Counted from the whole stretch's first letter, positions 11,631 through 24,842 are shown. The stretch is 63,950 nucleotides of DNA, filler included, from Octopus bimaculoides (GCF_001194135.2; 6 parts of 6 records of this genome joined end to end with filler, not necessarily neighbours in it), one strand, 5' to 3'. The notes: generated by a model from the sequence alone, not told the origin. Numbers and translations are program-made.

Positions 11631-12263
11631 TTAAGGCGGTGAGGTTGTAGAATTTGAACATAAATACGTTAATCGTCGTCGCATTTCGTCGTTGAAAAAC
11701 AGCATATTTCAGACTGCGAATGTGTGTTCGCGTATTAGAATTAAGGGACTTTGGGACATCAGGTATTTCGATGTCGTTGTCCTCCTCAGCCAAAGCTACC
11801 TCGAACCAATTAATCTAACAAACGTTTGGGGATCGTATTTATAAATTCAGCAAACAAATCCAAATCTACCGGAACGTCATATACAGATGGAATATGTATG
11901 TCACCGCTCTGACTCGTGCTAGCCGCCGTTCGCATGACAGTTAATTATTTTTCGAACAATTAATTATTATCAAAGGAATCCGTTTCGCTTTTGTCCCACG
12001 CGTTATGTCTCAAATAATATTTGGCCAAACTGGGAACTGGAATGAAAAACCAATTAAAAAGCAAATATTTAATTCTCTATTATGTTTTATATCTTCAATA
12101 ATTTTAATTAATTGTCTAATTTCAGTTTATTATCTTAATTTCATAAATGTTCTTTTATTTTCTTTGTGAATGTTACCTTACAAGAAAACTAACTTTTTGA
12201 CGTCATTTGCCTTTCTGATATTAGTTCCGTTTCTCTCTATTACCTGTATTATATATCTTGTAT

Positions 12264-12390
12264 CTTTTACTTGTTCCAGTCATTGGATTGCGGCCATGCT
12301 GGGGCACCGCCTTGAAGAATCAACTGCAGTGTTTTATTGTTTTTTATTAAACCTGGTATCATTCTATCGGCTTCTTTTGCCGAAACGCTA
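12264..12390 (-). mobile_element. Family C (tRNA-CORE SINE) 3' tail fragment
   Basis: cttttacttgttccagtcattggattgcggccatgctggggcaccgcc...cttttgccgaaacgctaa. Confidence 0.75.
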
Positions 12391-12968
12391 ACTATTTTAA
12401 ACGATTTTGTAACTGGGTTCACTTTGAGGAATATGCATCGTATTAACATCTACTATGTATCACTGCACTTTCTATTGCATCGAATCCTAGGTGGGTGCCG
12501 ACTTTGACCCCTTTAAAATATATTCTGTAGAACTGGTGCCGCAATGAACACAACCTGTACATCCCCACTTTTATTCAATGGAATGTCATTCCTTCTAGAA
12601 TACCATCCAACTTAGGACTATCTCTCAGCTCTTCGGTTCCTTAAGATGGATTCATTCTTTAAAATAAAATGTAAGTCATTGTCTTGCGTTTCCCATCAGT
12701 GGCAGCCAGATTTTCAGACACAGAAGATGTAAAGCTCTTCTATTTTACTTTTATTTACCTCCTGCCAACTGTACTTTGAAGAAAGATATTTCATTCCCCA
12801 CGTTAATTTCACTATACGGCTTCTGTCATTTAATCCTCGGTGGACAAGGTCACGGTTAGCGTCTTCTTAAGTTTTGGTTTGCTTGGTGAGGTGAAGAGAG
12901 ATAGAGACGGAATAAACAACCTATGGATGTATGTACTTGAACCGAATCGTATATAAAGAAATGAAAGC

Positions 12969-12969
<1 letters not shown>

Positions 12970-13016
<47 letters not shown>

Positions 13017-13198
13017 NNNNNNNNNNCACGCGCGCGCATGCACGCATGCACACACAAACACACAGATACACACATATACACAGACACACACACACAGACA
13101 CAAGCACAAGCAAAATACAAATACAAATAAATACACACCAACACGCACGAACATACAAACATATATCAATACATACACACACACACACACACACAGAA

Positions 13199-13234
<36 letters not shown>

Positions 13235-13446
13235 ACAAACACACACACGCGCACAAACACACAAATACACACAGAGAGTGTCATACACAAATATACACGT
13301 ACAAGCAAAATACGTACACCAACGCACACAAAAACACACACAAGCACAAACACACACAAACATACATCAATACATATATGCACGAATACACAAACACACA
13401 AGCATACACACTCAAGCACACAGAGAAATGCACAAGTACAAAGATC

Positions 13447-13518
<72 letters not shown>
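12970..13518. repeat. (CA)n-rich tract
   Basis: Direct inspection; flanks N gaps. Confidence 0.95.
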
Positions 13519-13782
13519 NNNNNNNNNNNNNNNNNNNNNNNNNNNNNNNNNNNNNNNNNNNNNNNNNNNNNNNNNNNNNNNNNNNNNNNNNNNNNNNNNN
13601 NNNNNNNNNNNNNNNNNNNNNNNNCCCAGTTTTGCAATAAAATTGTGTTTTATTCCTCGACCATTGACAACGTTAAACGTTCTCCTCTCATAAATATAAC
13701 TGAACTATATTCTTTTATTCTTTCATTCTTTTATTCTCTTAGTTTTTTTTAGTTTTTTTTTCTTTTAGTATTTTAGTCGTTT

Positions 13783-14010
13783 TCTTGTTTCAGTGATCGG
13801 ACTGCGACCATGCTGGGGCAACACATCGAACAAACCGACCCCATTACTTATTCTTTTTACGTCCCCGTAACGTAGCGGTTCGGCAAAAGAGACCGATAGA
13901 ATAAGTACTAGGCTTACAAAGAATAAGTTCTGTTGTTTGTTCGACTAAAGGCGGTGCTCCAACATGGCCACAGTCAAATGACTGAAACAAATAAAAGAGT
14001 AAAAGAGTAA
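13783..14010. mobile_element. Two family C SINE tails in inverted orientation
   Basis: ttgtttcagtgatcggactgcgaccatgctgg (minus tail) followed by ...ccaacatggccacagtcaaatgactgaaacaa (plus tail). Confidence 0.75.
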
Positions 14011-14164
14011 GTAATTTCTCTTGTGCCGTAAACCATTTACCATTTCTGTGGTGTTCCCTCCTCTCTTTGATGCCCTAATGGTTAATCCAGCGCTGGCTAA
14101 CCCCATCTCATAAAATTGCCGATCTTGTATCAAGATTGGAAACAATTATTATTGTCGTTGATGC

Positions 14165-14510
14165 TCTTAGGTAGCGTGCTGTCAGAATGGTTAACGTGTC
14201 GGACAAAATGCTTAGTGGCATTTCTTCCGGCAGTTTACGTTCTGAGTTCAAATTCTGCCGGCCGTGGTCAACTTTGCCTTTCATCCTTTCGAATTCAATA
14301 AAGCAAAGTACCAGTCAAATACTGTGGTCGATGTAACCGACTGATAACCCTCCGCTCAGAATTGCTGGCCTTTTGCCAAAATTATCCCGCCGAGGTCACC
14401 TTTGCCCTTCATTCTTTCGTGATCGATAAAATAAAGTACAATCAGACACTGGGGTCGATATAGTCGACTTCTACCCCAGCTTTAACATTGCCATTTCTTG
14501 TACGAAAATT
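14165..14510 (+). mobile_element. Family M SINE plus second partial copy
   Basis: gagttcaaattctgccgg at ~14243; second core ccgccgaggtcacctttgcccttcattctttc at ~14388. Confidence 0.75.
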
Positions 14511-15391
14511 TGAGAGAATTTTCTACCTCTAACCACATAGCCGAGCCCTATAACTTAACCAGAATCCGTAACCCTAACTGATATTTATAAACTAATCGGT
14601 GCTTTTAACCATAAATTATTGCAGTTATTACTTCTTAACTGCATCGAAGGAATTCAATTATTCTTCACAAACGATTTTCCATCCTTAATATATTTTTCCT
14701 TCTTCAAAACTGCCATTTCAATCTTGTCTTTCTTTCCCTTTATTCATTCATTCCTTATTCCCCACTTATTTTCTTGTCACTATAATTTTTCACTCACATT
14801 TTTATCTAGTCTTCCATCCTCTAATTTTTTTTTTATCTTACACTAATTTTCTCTCGGTTCTATTTACTTCTCACGTTATTTTTCCCTCAGTTCCTGAAAT
14901 TCTTTTATTTCTTATTTCTCCTTTCCATAATTCTTGTCTTCATTTCTTAACCATTTTTCTTTCTCTTTCGACGTCTCCCCAGTCATTTGTCTTATCTTCA
15001 ATTATTTCATTTCCATTTCTTCTACTTTCAACAGTTATTCTCTCTATAACTTTTTCTAAATCATTTATTGTAATGTTAAAAAAAACCCTCAGAAAATCAT
15101 CTCTCGGGAATTTGATTTTCACTTCAATTTCACTCATAAATTTGTAAAAATAAATTCAAACATTTAAATTTTGTTTCTTCCATACAAACGTATTATTACC
15201 CAAAATTGCTTCCATTTCAAATATAATTTGGAATGAAGATATCAGTTAAGAATAATAATGTTCCGCTGATGTAATTAGTATTGAAGGTATGTTAATTGTC
15301 TTAAATCACGAGAAACTAATTGATTTGGGAGTAAGTCAAATCAACTCACTTCAAAGATATTTATAAATTTCACCTGTAACCTTTTGGTTTG

Positions 15392-15570
15392 GATGTTGCA
15401 TTCACGATTGCAAGATTGTGGCTTCAATTCTCGGGTAGCGGTGTGCATTGCCTTCTTGAGCAAGACACTTCATTTCCCATTGCTGCAAGCGCATTCAACT
15501 CTTCAATAAGTAACCCTGCAAAGGTTGGCATACCGTTCACGGGTAACCGGCCTTATGAGTTCCGGAAATA
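15392..15570 (+). mobile_element. Old tRNA-CORE SINE, degenerate
   Basis: cttcttgagcaagacacttca CORE-like block; aaccggccttatgag end shared with 51826-52070. Confidence 0.55.
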
Positions 15571-15607
15571 TCGAGACAGTAATGCCCAAGCGTTGATGAA
15601 GAGGATA

Positions 15608-15614
15608 ATGATGG

Positions 15615-15670
<56 letters not shown>

Positions 15671-15676
15671 GTGATG
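15608..15676. repeat. (GAT)n microsatellite
   Basis: Direct inspection. Confidence 0.95.
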
Positions 15677-15783
15677 GAGGTCAAACTCCCCCAACGCCAA
15701 TTCTACTTTTCATCCTTTTGGGGTCGACAAAGAAATCTCTACACATTCAGGGCGATTTATTAGTGGAACTGTANNNNNNNNNN

Positions 15784-15838
<55 letters not shown>

Positions 15839-16094
15839 GTTTATCATTTAAACATATATGAGCATGTCTAGATATGCAACTATATGCATGAGAATACATA
15901 CATAAAACACACAAATCTGCACATAGATAGATACATACATACATACAAACAAAATACCCTGTTGATGTTGAAATTCCAATCAAGGAACCTTGGATCTAGG
16001 TTAGAAACCGGTTCTTTCTCTAAAGGCGAGAAATCTTGAAATAAACATACTTACATGCAAACATACATATATACAAACATACATACATACAGAC

Positions 16095-16370
16095 TATGAA
16101 TTCATATTCATACCAATAATAACTGGAGCACTAATTTTGTTAGTAAATATTAAAGGAGAATCTGGATAAACCAGGATTTTCAGAAAGTGAAATCGACCGG
16201 CTAATTTGTACATTGCAAGTACAATCTGTGAGTGGAACAGTAAAAATATGCAAGACTTTTCTCAAGTTCCAAACGTGAATTTGTCTGTGTTAACTACATT
16301 CCAAAGATGGAGCCTTGTATCTTTGTTGGAAACCAGTTCCCTCCTCAGAGGAAGATTTATAATAATTCAA
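16095..16370 (+). mobile_element. R2-superfamily (R4/Dong-like) non-LTR retrotransposon 3' fragment, older variant
   Basis: Encodes YEFIFIPIITGAL..ENLDKPGFSESEIDRLICTLQVQSVSGTVKICKTFLKFQT*, paralogous to 16395-16697. Confidence 0.7.
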
Positions 16371-16394
16371 AAATAGAAGAGACATACATACTGT

Positions 16395-16697
16395 ATGTGT
16401 ACAGTTGTGGAAATCAGCTGTCCAGTGGATGTTAACATAAAGCTGAAGATCAGTGAGACAGAAAATACCTATGTTGAACTATTGAGGAATATACTGCTAC
16501 TTAATCCAAGCTGCAAGTTCAGATTTATACCTGTAATAATTAGGTCACTGGGATATGTAACACACTACCTAAATACCAATCTTGAGAAATTAGGCTTCTC
16601 AAATCCAGAAAGGAGAAAGCTGATTCGAAGACTACAGATCGAAGCCATCACTGGAACTGTAAAAATCTGTAAAACTTTTCCGATATTTATCATTTGA
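16395..16697 (+). pseudogene. C-terminal restriction-like endonuclease region of an R4/Dong-like non-LTR retrotransposon (5'-truncated)
   Basis: VVEISCPVDVNIKLKISETENTYVELLRN...FRFIPVIIRSLGYV...LEKLGF...LQIEAITGTVKICKTF resembles the E-I-S-C-P / IPxIIGALG / GTxxI C-terminus of RLE-type LINEs; the upstream PD motif is absent. Confidence 0.75.
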
Positions 16698-16797
16698 GAA
16701 TATATGAGCATGAGAATATAGAGCATGAGAATATAGAAAAAAAAATACAAATCTGAATGTATACATACATACAAACATACATTATATAATACATACA

Positions 16798-16828
<31 letters not shown>

Positions 16829-17294
16829 CATACATACATACAAAAATACCCTGTTGATGCTGTTGAAATTCCAATGAAGGAGCCTTGGATCCAGGTCAGA
16901 AACCAGCTCTTTCTCTATTGGCCTGAAATCTCGAGATAAAATTGGATAACGACATACGTACATATTTAAGTATATATGCGCATGTGTAGACATGAAATTA
17001 TATGCATGAGAATGCATGCATAAAACAAAACATGCAAAGCTGCAAATGCACTGATGTCTCCAAATACTGCACATATACACACATACACACAAAATTCCCT
17101 GTTGGTGTTGTTGAAATTCCAATGAAGGAACCTTGGATCTAGGTTAGAAACCAGCTCTTTCGCTGTTGGCAAGAAATCTTGAAATAAAACTGGATAATAA
17201 CACACGCACACATACACAAACATACGCACGCTCACAAACACAAACATACGCACACACATATTTCAAAGCAGTTGTAGTTAACTAGTTTCAGTAG

Positions 17295-17428
<134 letters not shown>

Positions 17429-18235
17429 GTGTCTACAGAATGCTACGTGTTGCCAAATTCAACAGTGGAAATTCAATAGTATGAATCTGTCACTTTAAAC
17501 GGCTGAACTCATAAAAATCGTTGTATAATGTCGTGTTATTCCCCACTGGTGATCTGCAAAGTGTTCAAGATATTTGATCTGTTAAGCTTATAGATCGATT
17601 ACTCCTGATTGCATACACACACACACACGCACAGACATGGAGGATAGATTGAACTCCAAATGAAAGCAATTCCAAACCCCATCTATAATATACCAAAGAA
17701 ACCTTCTGGTCATTAAAAGTAAAAATCTCGCCTGGAGCTACTTATATGTTATTTATTACCAGCGCCAATAGAATATAATATTCCTAAGAAATATTGAGAT
17801 TCTTTGTATATCTTTTATCTTTAAAGTAACTTATATTTCTATATGAATTTAAATATTTTTCGGTTTCTCATGCTCGTCAGATCAAAAAGGTGTTCTAACG
17901 ATTCCACATGATTATTTATCTGATTGTTCTTCAGGCTTTTAGTTTAAGATCAAAGAGGAATAATAATTCTGTTTATCTCATAATGTATGATTATTGCTTA
18001 AAATCTTGATTAAAGTCTCCAGAATTTTGGAACACATCATGGCGACATTCTGAGAGGCAAAATGGTGTAGAATAGAAGACATAAAAAAAGAAGGAAGGAA
18101 GGAAAGAAGAAAATATGTTGACCTATTTAGTTGATATAACTCAATAAAACTCTTCTACCCTCTCTCTCTCCCTCTCTACTCCCTCCCCTCCCTCTTTCCC
18201 TCTCATTCTGTGTATGCATGTGTGTGTATGTATGC

Positions 18236-18274
<39 letters not shown>

Positions 18275-18444
18275 TATAGATATACGTCTATATGCATGTA
18301 AATATATATATAATATATATATAATCCGTATGGGTGTATGCATATCTATCTGTCTGTCTGTCCATGTATGTATGTATGTATGCATGTATGTATGTATGTA
18401 TGTATGTACGTATGTATGTATCTATCTATCTATCTCTCTCTCTC

Positions 18445-18476
<32 letters not shown>

Positions 18477-18781
18477 CGTGTGTGTGTGTTGTGTGCGTAA
18501 AGNNNNNNNNNNNNNNNNNNNNNNNNNNNNNNNNNNNNNNNNNNNNNNNNNNNNNNNNNNNNNNNNNNNNNNNNNNNNNNNNNNNNNNNNNNNNNNNNNN
18601 NNNNNNNNNNNNNNNNNTATATATATATATATATATATATATATCTTTACGCACACAACACACACATACAGACACACGCACACAACACACACATACAGAC
18701 ACACGCACACACATATATGATCAAATAGGCTCCAAAGAGACTGGTGTTGGTCTGAGTCGGAAAGCTTTGTATCATTTAGTT

Positions 18782-19082
18782 AAATCGATAAGAAGGGTAT
18801 AGTGAACTTGCCGTGGTGAGTGGAATACTCAACGTTTCAGACCAAGTCCTTTTTCAGATTAAAGTTGAAAGGAGAGAAATTAATGAACGACAGAAGACGT
18901 TTACATCCTCTATGTTAAAAACATCTGGCTGCAGCATTTTTTGGACTCAGGGGATATAAAAACCCTGATATGACTCATTGACTTCTCTCCTTTTAACTTT
19001 TCTCTGAAGAAAGATTGTGTCCGAAACGTTGAATTTTCCACTCACCACGGCAAGTTCACTGGCCTTTATTTTTAATCGATTT
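18782..19082. mobile_element. Inverted pair of ~97-bp Penelope-like pseudo-LTR arms, each with a minimal hammerhead-like motif (family H1)
   Basis: Arms 18782-18878 and 18983-19082 are reverse complements and share ttccactcaccacggcaagttcact exactly. Confidence 0.75.
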
Positions 19083-19097
19083 TACTATGTATACAAC

Positions 19098-19310
19098 TTT
19101 TATTTTTTACTAGTTTCACTTAGTAGACTTCGGCCATGCTGGAGCACCACCTTGAACAATTTTAGTTGAATACTTTTATTTTTTTTAAAGCCTGGTACTT
19201 ACTTTATCGTTTACTTTTGCCGAACCGCTAATTTACAGGGACGTAAATATACCTACACCGGTTGTCAAGAAGTGGTGGTGATGGTGCGACGAACAAACAG
19301 AGACACACAC

Positions 19311-19362
<52 letters not shown>

Positions 19363-19480
19363 GGGATTCTTTCAGTTTCTTTCTACTAAGGTGCCACCCA
19401 AGGTGCCACGCAGTAGGACTAAACTCGGAACCCTGTGGTTGGAAAGCAAAAGTTCTTGCCACAAGCCACTCCTGCGTCAA
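19098..19480 (-). mobile_element. Family C tRNA-CORE SINE, internally deleted, with (GATA)n inside
   Basis: Minus-strand head ggagtggcttgtggcaagaac, CORE-like gtggcaccttgggtggcacc, tail ...catggccgaagtctactaagtgaaac. Confidence 0.8.
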
Positions 19481-20037
19481 ACCTACATAAATAGTATGAT
19501 GACCAGTTAGTGGAGCACCCTTCATTCGGGTAATTACTACTTCCGACGTTCTACCAGGAAACACATGTAGCTTGGATTTTACCTGCTCCGTTCCCGTCCT
19601 TAAATTTGGAATTCTATTCGCATTCATAGCAACTTCAGAAGCAAGCCGTGAACTATAAAATATTTTTTTTCAGCTTATCGAACTTCGATACGGGAAAAAT
19701 TTATAACCTTCTACGTCAATAAACAACAGTTGTTGCTGAAAGTTGGTTTTTATACCTTCTACGAACTGCTCGAAGCTTACTAACTTCCTACACCTTGATG
19801 CTTGGATCTTATCTTTCCATATAATCATTTTTTTATTAATACACATACACACACATATGCATACACACACACACATATATATATACATATACATACATAT
19901 ACATGTTTATACATTACATATATATGTATATATACATGTATATATGTATATGTATCTCTCTCTCTCTACACGCACACACTCACACACATATACATATACA
20001 TACATATATACATATACATACATATGTATATTTATAC

Positions 20038-20079
<42 letters not shown>

Positions 20080-20125
20080 TGTATATATATATATACATGC
20101 ATATATGTATATGTACCTCTATCTC

Positions 20126-20170
<45 letters not shown>

Positions 20171-20846
20171 NNNNNNNNNNNNNNNNNNNNNNNNNNNNNN
20201 NNNNNNNNNNNNNNNNNNNNNNNNNNNNNNNNNNNNNNNNNNNNNNNNNNNNNNNNNNNNNNNNNNNNNNNNNNNNNNNNNNNNNNNNNNNNNNNNNNNN
20301 NNNNNNNNNNNNNNNNNNNNNNNNNNNNNNNNNNNNNNNNNNNNNNNNNNNNATATATATATAATTATAAGATCTGGTAATTAGTCATATATTAATATAT
20401 TAATTAATATCGATTAATTATCAGTGGGTCAGCACATTTAAAGAATCAAAGAGATTCAGAAATATTATCTGCAATCTCAGGGGATTAAGGTACATTTTAA
20501 AAATAACATAGACACACACACACATATGCATACGTACATACATCATACGCACATATCTCAACCGGCTGTCTGAGCAAAGCTCTATTTCTAACACATAAGT
20601 TTCTTTGAAAGGCCTCTGTGTGAGTGTGTATGTGTGTGTGTATGTACGTATGAATGTGTGTGTACGTATGTGTGTACATGTGCGTGTATTTACAAATGCG
20701 TACATTCCGAAATATACATACTCCGTAGTAGCTAAGCTGTAAGATGTTGCACAAGCACACAGCTCTAATTGCGTTGCTTCCTGTTGCAGAAACAGCTGTA
20801 AGCTAAGGTAGATGATTACGTGATTCCTGGTCTCTTGTCAGTCAGT

Positions 20847-20898
<52 letters not shown>

Positions 20899-21077
20899 CA
20901 CTCACATACACACACAGACACACATTCACACATACACATACACACACATACACACACATACATATACATACATTTATGTACGTATGTATGTAAATATCTA
21001 CCCATCTATATGTGTACATGCAAATGTATTTGCATATATTCATATGTAAAATAATTATATATACGTATGTGGTGATA

Positions 21078-21128
<51 letters not shown>

Positions 21129-21188
21129 ATATATATATGTATGTGTGTATATATATATATATGTATGTGTATATATATATATATATAT

Positions 21189-21232
<44 letters not shown>

Positions 21233-22107
21233 ATATATATATATATATATANNNNNNNNNNNNNNNNNNNNNNNNNNNNNNNNNNNNNNNNNNNNNNNNN
21301 NNNNNNNNNNNNNNNNNNNNNNNNNNNNNNNNNNNNNNNNNNNNNNNNNNNNNNNNNNNNNNNNNNNNNNNNNNNNNNNNNNNNNNNNNNNNNNNNNNNN
21401 NNNNNNNNNNNNNNNNNNNNNNNNNNNNNNNNNNNNNNNNNNNNNNNNNNNNNNNNNNNNNNNNNNNNNNNNNNNNNNNNNNNNNNNNATGCACTTACAT
21501 GTATGTATATATGTATGTATGTACGTATTTGTGTGTGTACCTGTTTGAGTATCGTTTACTTACACACTCACACGGAACATGCGCGCATATGCAAGTGTTT
21601 TATATGTTTTCCCATAAATGGTTCTCCAAGTATATGCCCATACAGGTAAGCCAGTATTCGTGCAGATCCGTACTAATGTCCCCCCCCCCAGCTAACATAC
21701 ATCAACTATATGAATCTAGTTATCTAGATCTTGCATGGGTTTCTATCATCACGATGGCAGCAGTGGTTCTCTTGTTTCATTGACTCAAGGCAGTAACAAC
21801 AGAAGAAGCAAGTTTCCAGAAATTCAGTGTTGAAATTATATACCACAGATTCTTAGGTTTCAGAGCTATTGGTCTTGAAATAAAGGTCTTGAAATACGAT
21901 CTGTTATTGAAATGATCTACAGAGCAGCGTGTTCAATAATTCGTGAAACGTACTGTCTAGATTTACAGAAAATAAAAATGTGGAGGGGAAAGCATAATCT
22001 AATTTCGTTTTGATATATTTTTTTACTAGATCTGCTCGTCTCTCTTTATGTAAGTACAGATAGCCTCGTTTATCCTCGTTTCTACAATCTTTCGCTCTTT
22101 TTTTCTG

Positions 22108-22466
22108 TTCTTTTACGTGTTTCAGTTATTTGACTGTGGCCATGCTGGAGCACCGCCTTTCGTCGAACAAATCGACCCTAGGACTTATTCTCTGTAAGCC
22201 TAGTACTTATTCTATCGGTCACCTTTGCCGAACCGCTACGTTACGGTGACGTAAACACACCAACATCGGCTGTCAAGCGATGGTGGGGACAAACACAGAC
22301 ACACAAGTACAGACACACGCACATATATATATATACGATGGGTTTCTTTCAGTTTCCGTCTACCAAATCCACTCACAAGGTTTTGGTCGGCCCGAGGCTA
22401 TAGTAGAAGACACTTGCCCAAGGTGCCACGCAGTGGGACTGAACCTGGAACCATGTGGTTGGGAAG
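22108..22466 (-). mobile_element. Family C tRNA-CORE SINE, near full length (5' end in N gap)
   Basis: Minus: cccaaccacatggttccaggttcagtcccactgcgtggcaccttgggcaagtgtctt; CCTTGGGCAAGT is the MIR/CORE-like block. Confidence 0.9.
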
Positions 22467-22476
22467 NNNNNNNNNN

Positions 22477-22620
22477 ATTACATCGACCCCCCCTCCACTG
22501 CTCAGTCGGTTCTTATTTCATCGATCCCAGAAGGATGAAAGCAAAGTCGACCTCGGCGGAATTTGAACGTAGAACGTGAAGACAGACGAAATACCGCTAG
22601 GCATTTCGCCCGGCGGGTTA
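22477..22620 (-). mobile_element. Family M SINE fragment
   Basis: ggatgaaagcaaagtcgacctcggcggaatttgaac. Confidence 0.8.
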
Positions 22621-22773
22621 AATATTCAACCAAGTATATTACAAGTTTATAAGTGAATATTGTGTCCTACTTTTGTGTTAGCAATGCGTTGTTTTCCTTT
22701 TTAAGTGTATCGCTATAAATTTTCTATAGAATTTAGAGCCTGCGCTGCAAGTGACGACGCTTCGTACACGAAT

Positions 22774-23160
22774 TTTTATGGCACTCCGTCGGTTACAACG
22801 ACGAGGGTTCCAGTTGATCCGATCAACGGAACAGCCTGCTCGTGAAATTAACGTGCAAGTAGCTGAGCACTCCACAGGCACGTGTACCCTTAACGTAGTT
22901 CTCGGAGATATTCAGCGTGACACAGAGTGTGACAAGGCTGGCCCTTTTGAAATACAGGTACAACAGAAACAGGAAGTAAGAGTGAGAGAAAGTTGTGGTG
23001 AAAGAGTACAGCAGGGTTCGCCACCACCCCCTACCAGAACCTTGTGGAGCTTTAGGTGTTTTCGCTCAATAAACACTCACAACGCCCAGTCTGAGAATCG
23101 AAACCGCGATCCTACGACCGCGAGTCCGCTGCCCTAACCACTAGGCCATTGCGCCTCCAC
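22774..23160 (-). mobile_element. Family R ~385-bp tRNA-derived SINE, full length, with 11-bp TSD
   Basis: TSD cgtacacgaat at 22763-22773 and 23162-23172; A-box tggcctagtgg and B-box ggtttcgattct on minus strand. Confidence 0.92.
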
Positions 23161-24842
23161 GCGTACACGAATACGTCTATGTAAACATATACACCTATCA
23201 CATATCGGTAATGGGTGTATATAGACTCATTAACGAATTTTCTATCTTAGACTGCATTGTTTACATAAACGTATTCGTTTACAAGACGTCGTAACTTTCA
23301 GTGTTGGCTCTATATTCTATAGCAAATTTGTAGAGATACACTAAAAAAATATTATACAAAAGTATAAGGGTGGTGGATTATAAGAATCGTAAACGGGTAG
23401 AACAAAATGCCTTATGGTATTTGTGATGCGTTATTGGGTTAATATTTATGGATGATTTAATTAGCTTAGATATCTGAAATATTTATTAATCTCTCTGGCA
23501 CATTATGTTACAAATAGATACTGTCAATGCTGTATTCTAGAGACGACAATCTTCCGAGTTCTAAATGAGATCCTGGGATAGCTATAGCCACAGTCACAAA
23601 GGTTTACAACTATTCTGGTGATACATATGGAAAAATAACCATAATTTCAGCTCTGTCGTTTAACAGACTAATTATTGTATATAACTGACAATAAGCTTTT
23701 AGTTATGTTCTTTGTCTCGTGAAATTGTAGCAACAATGTCACGCAATTTCAAATTCGAACAAACAACCCCCAGGCATTTAGTGTAAGGGCAACAGAAGGA
23801 CCCGTGTTTCCCCGGTGGTGGTTATTGTGAAGCAGATAATCACTTCCGATAAATCATGGGATGGTTCGATTTTAAAATCGAATTGTAAGAAAGACGTGTT
23901 GAATATACATATTTAATAATTTTTCTATTCATGAAAAAGATCTTGAATATTTTTTCAGTCACAGGTAGTCATGTACAGCGCCATTTCAGCTTTATTCCAA
24001 ACCATCAGCCTGACATAACCCCAGGTAGACGACTACCACCCGAGTGCTGATGCTGACCTCTCGCCCTTCAATTGTCATATGCTCAATGTTCTGCTGGATC
24101 AAGGGTGGTAGAGTTGTGAGGGTGTGTATGTCTGCTGGCGTTTACGGAAGTACCTAAAATAATTAGCGAAAGTGTGGTGCATGCTATGAAGCCATGCAAT
24201 GACCAAACATGGTTTGGTAACATTCGATTCAAATTTGATCATGTAATTTTTGGCTTGGAAAAACATATCCTTACAGACAAAATCTCATTTAATTTCATAT
24301 CAAAAATGCTTTCCGTTGCAGAAAATGAATTCTTTCTTTTATTTTGTTTTTTGGTGTTCTACTTCAGAATTATGAACCGAAACCAAGAAGACCCATCAAG
24401 TATTTGAAGTAGTTCTGATTACATTTATCATGACCTGTAGATCTCTCTCTCGCATACACGCAGAAAGAATATTCTCGACAGTAGGCTTGACTAGTAACTG
24501 GAAATGAAGAAGTAGACTGGTTATTTATATCTTTTTACACGAAGATCAATAAATATCAGGCATTACTTATGATCAAGCACAGCTAAGACTTTGCTGATGC
24601 TGCAGAAAATGGCAATTTTATTCGAAGCCACTTCACAAAAACAATATGGCGTCGCAAAGTAAATCCCTTGTGGATATCAGAGTTAGATTGGTGACTACGT
24701 AAGAAATTTTCTTTAACTGTTTATTCTTTCATTTGTATAAGTCATTGGAGTGCTGTCTTCTCTCCTGTATTGAACACTTTTAAAGCTAGTTCCTGTAGAG
24801 GGCTAATTGGGCCTGAGGCCCAAAACCAAAGAAAGAAATAAT

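Larger units (their letters stand above)
15840..17190 (+). mobile_element. Cluster of four tandem R4-like 3' ends/3' UTRs
   Basis: aaataccctgttgatg...gaaattccaat(c/g)aagga(a/g)ccttggatc...gaaaccag/gg occurs near 15952, 16845 and 17093, with a diverged version near 16298. Confidence 0.8.

Noticed and set aside
12530-12680. Possible exon ending ATGGATTCATTCTTTAAAATAAAAT|gtaagt
   Set aside because: A good donor alone is expected by chance; the upstream frame looks more like a decayed LINE end and is closed by stops.
24360-24700. Protein-like fragments (NYEPKPRRPIK; DFADAAENGNFIRSHFTKTIWRRKVNPLWISELDW)
   Set aside because: Bounded by stops and not assignable to any family I can name.
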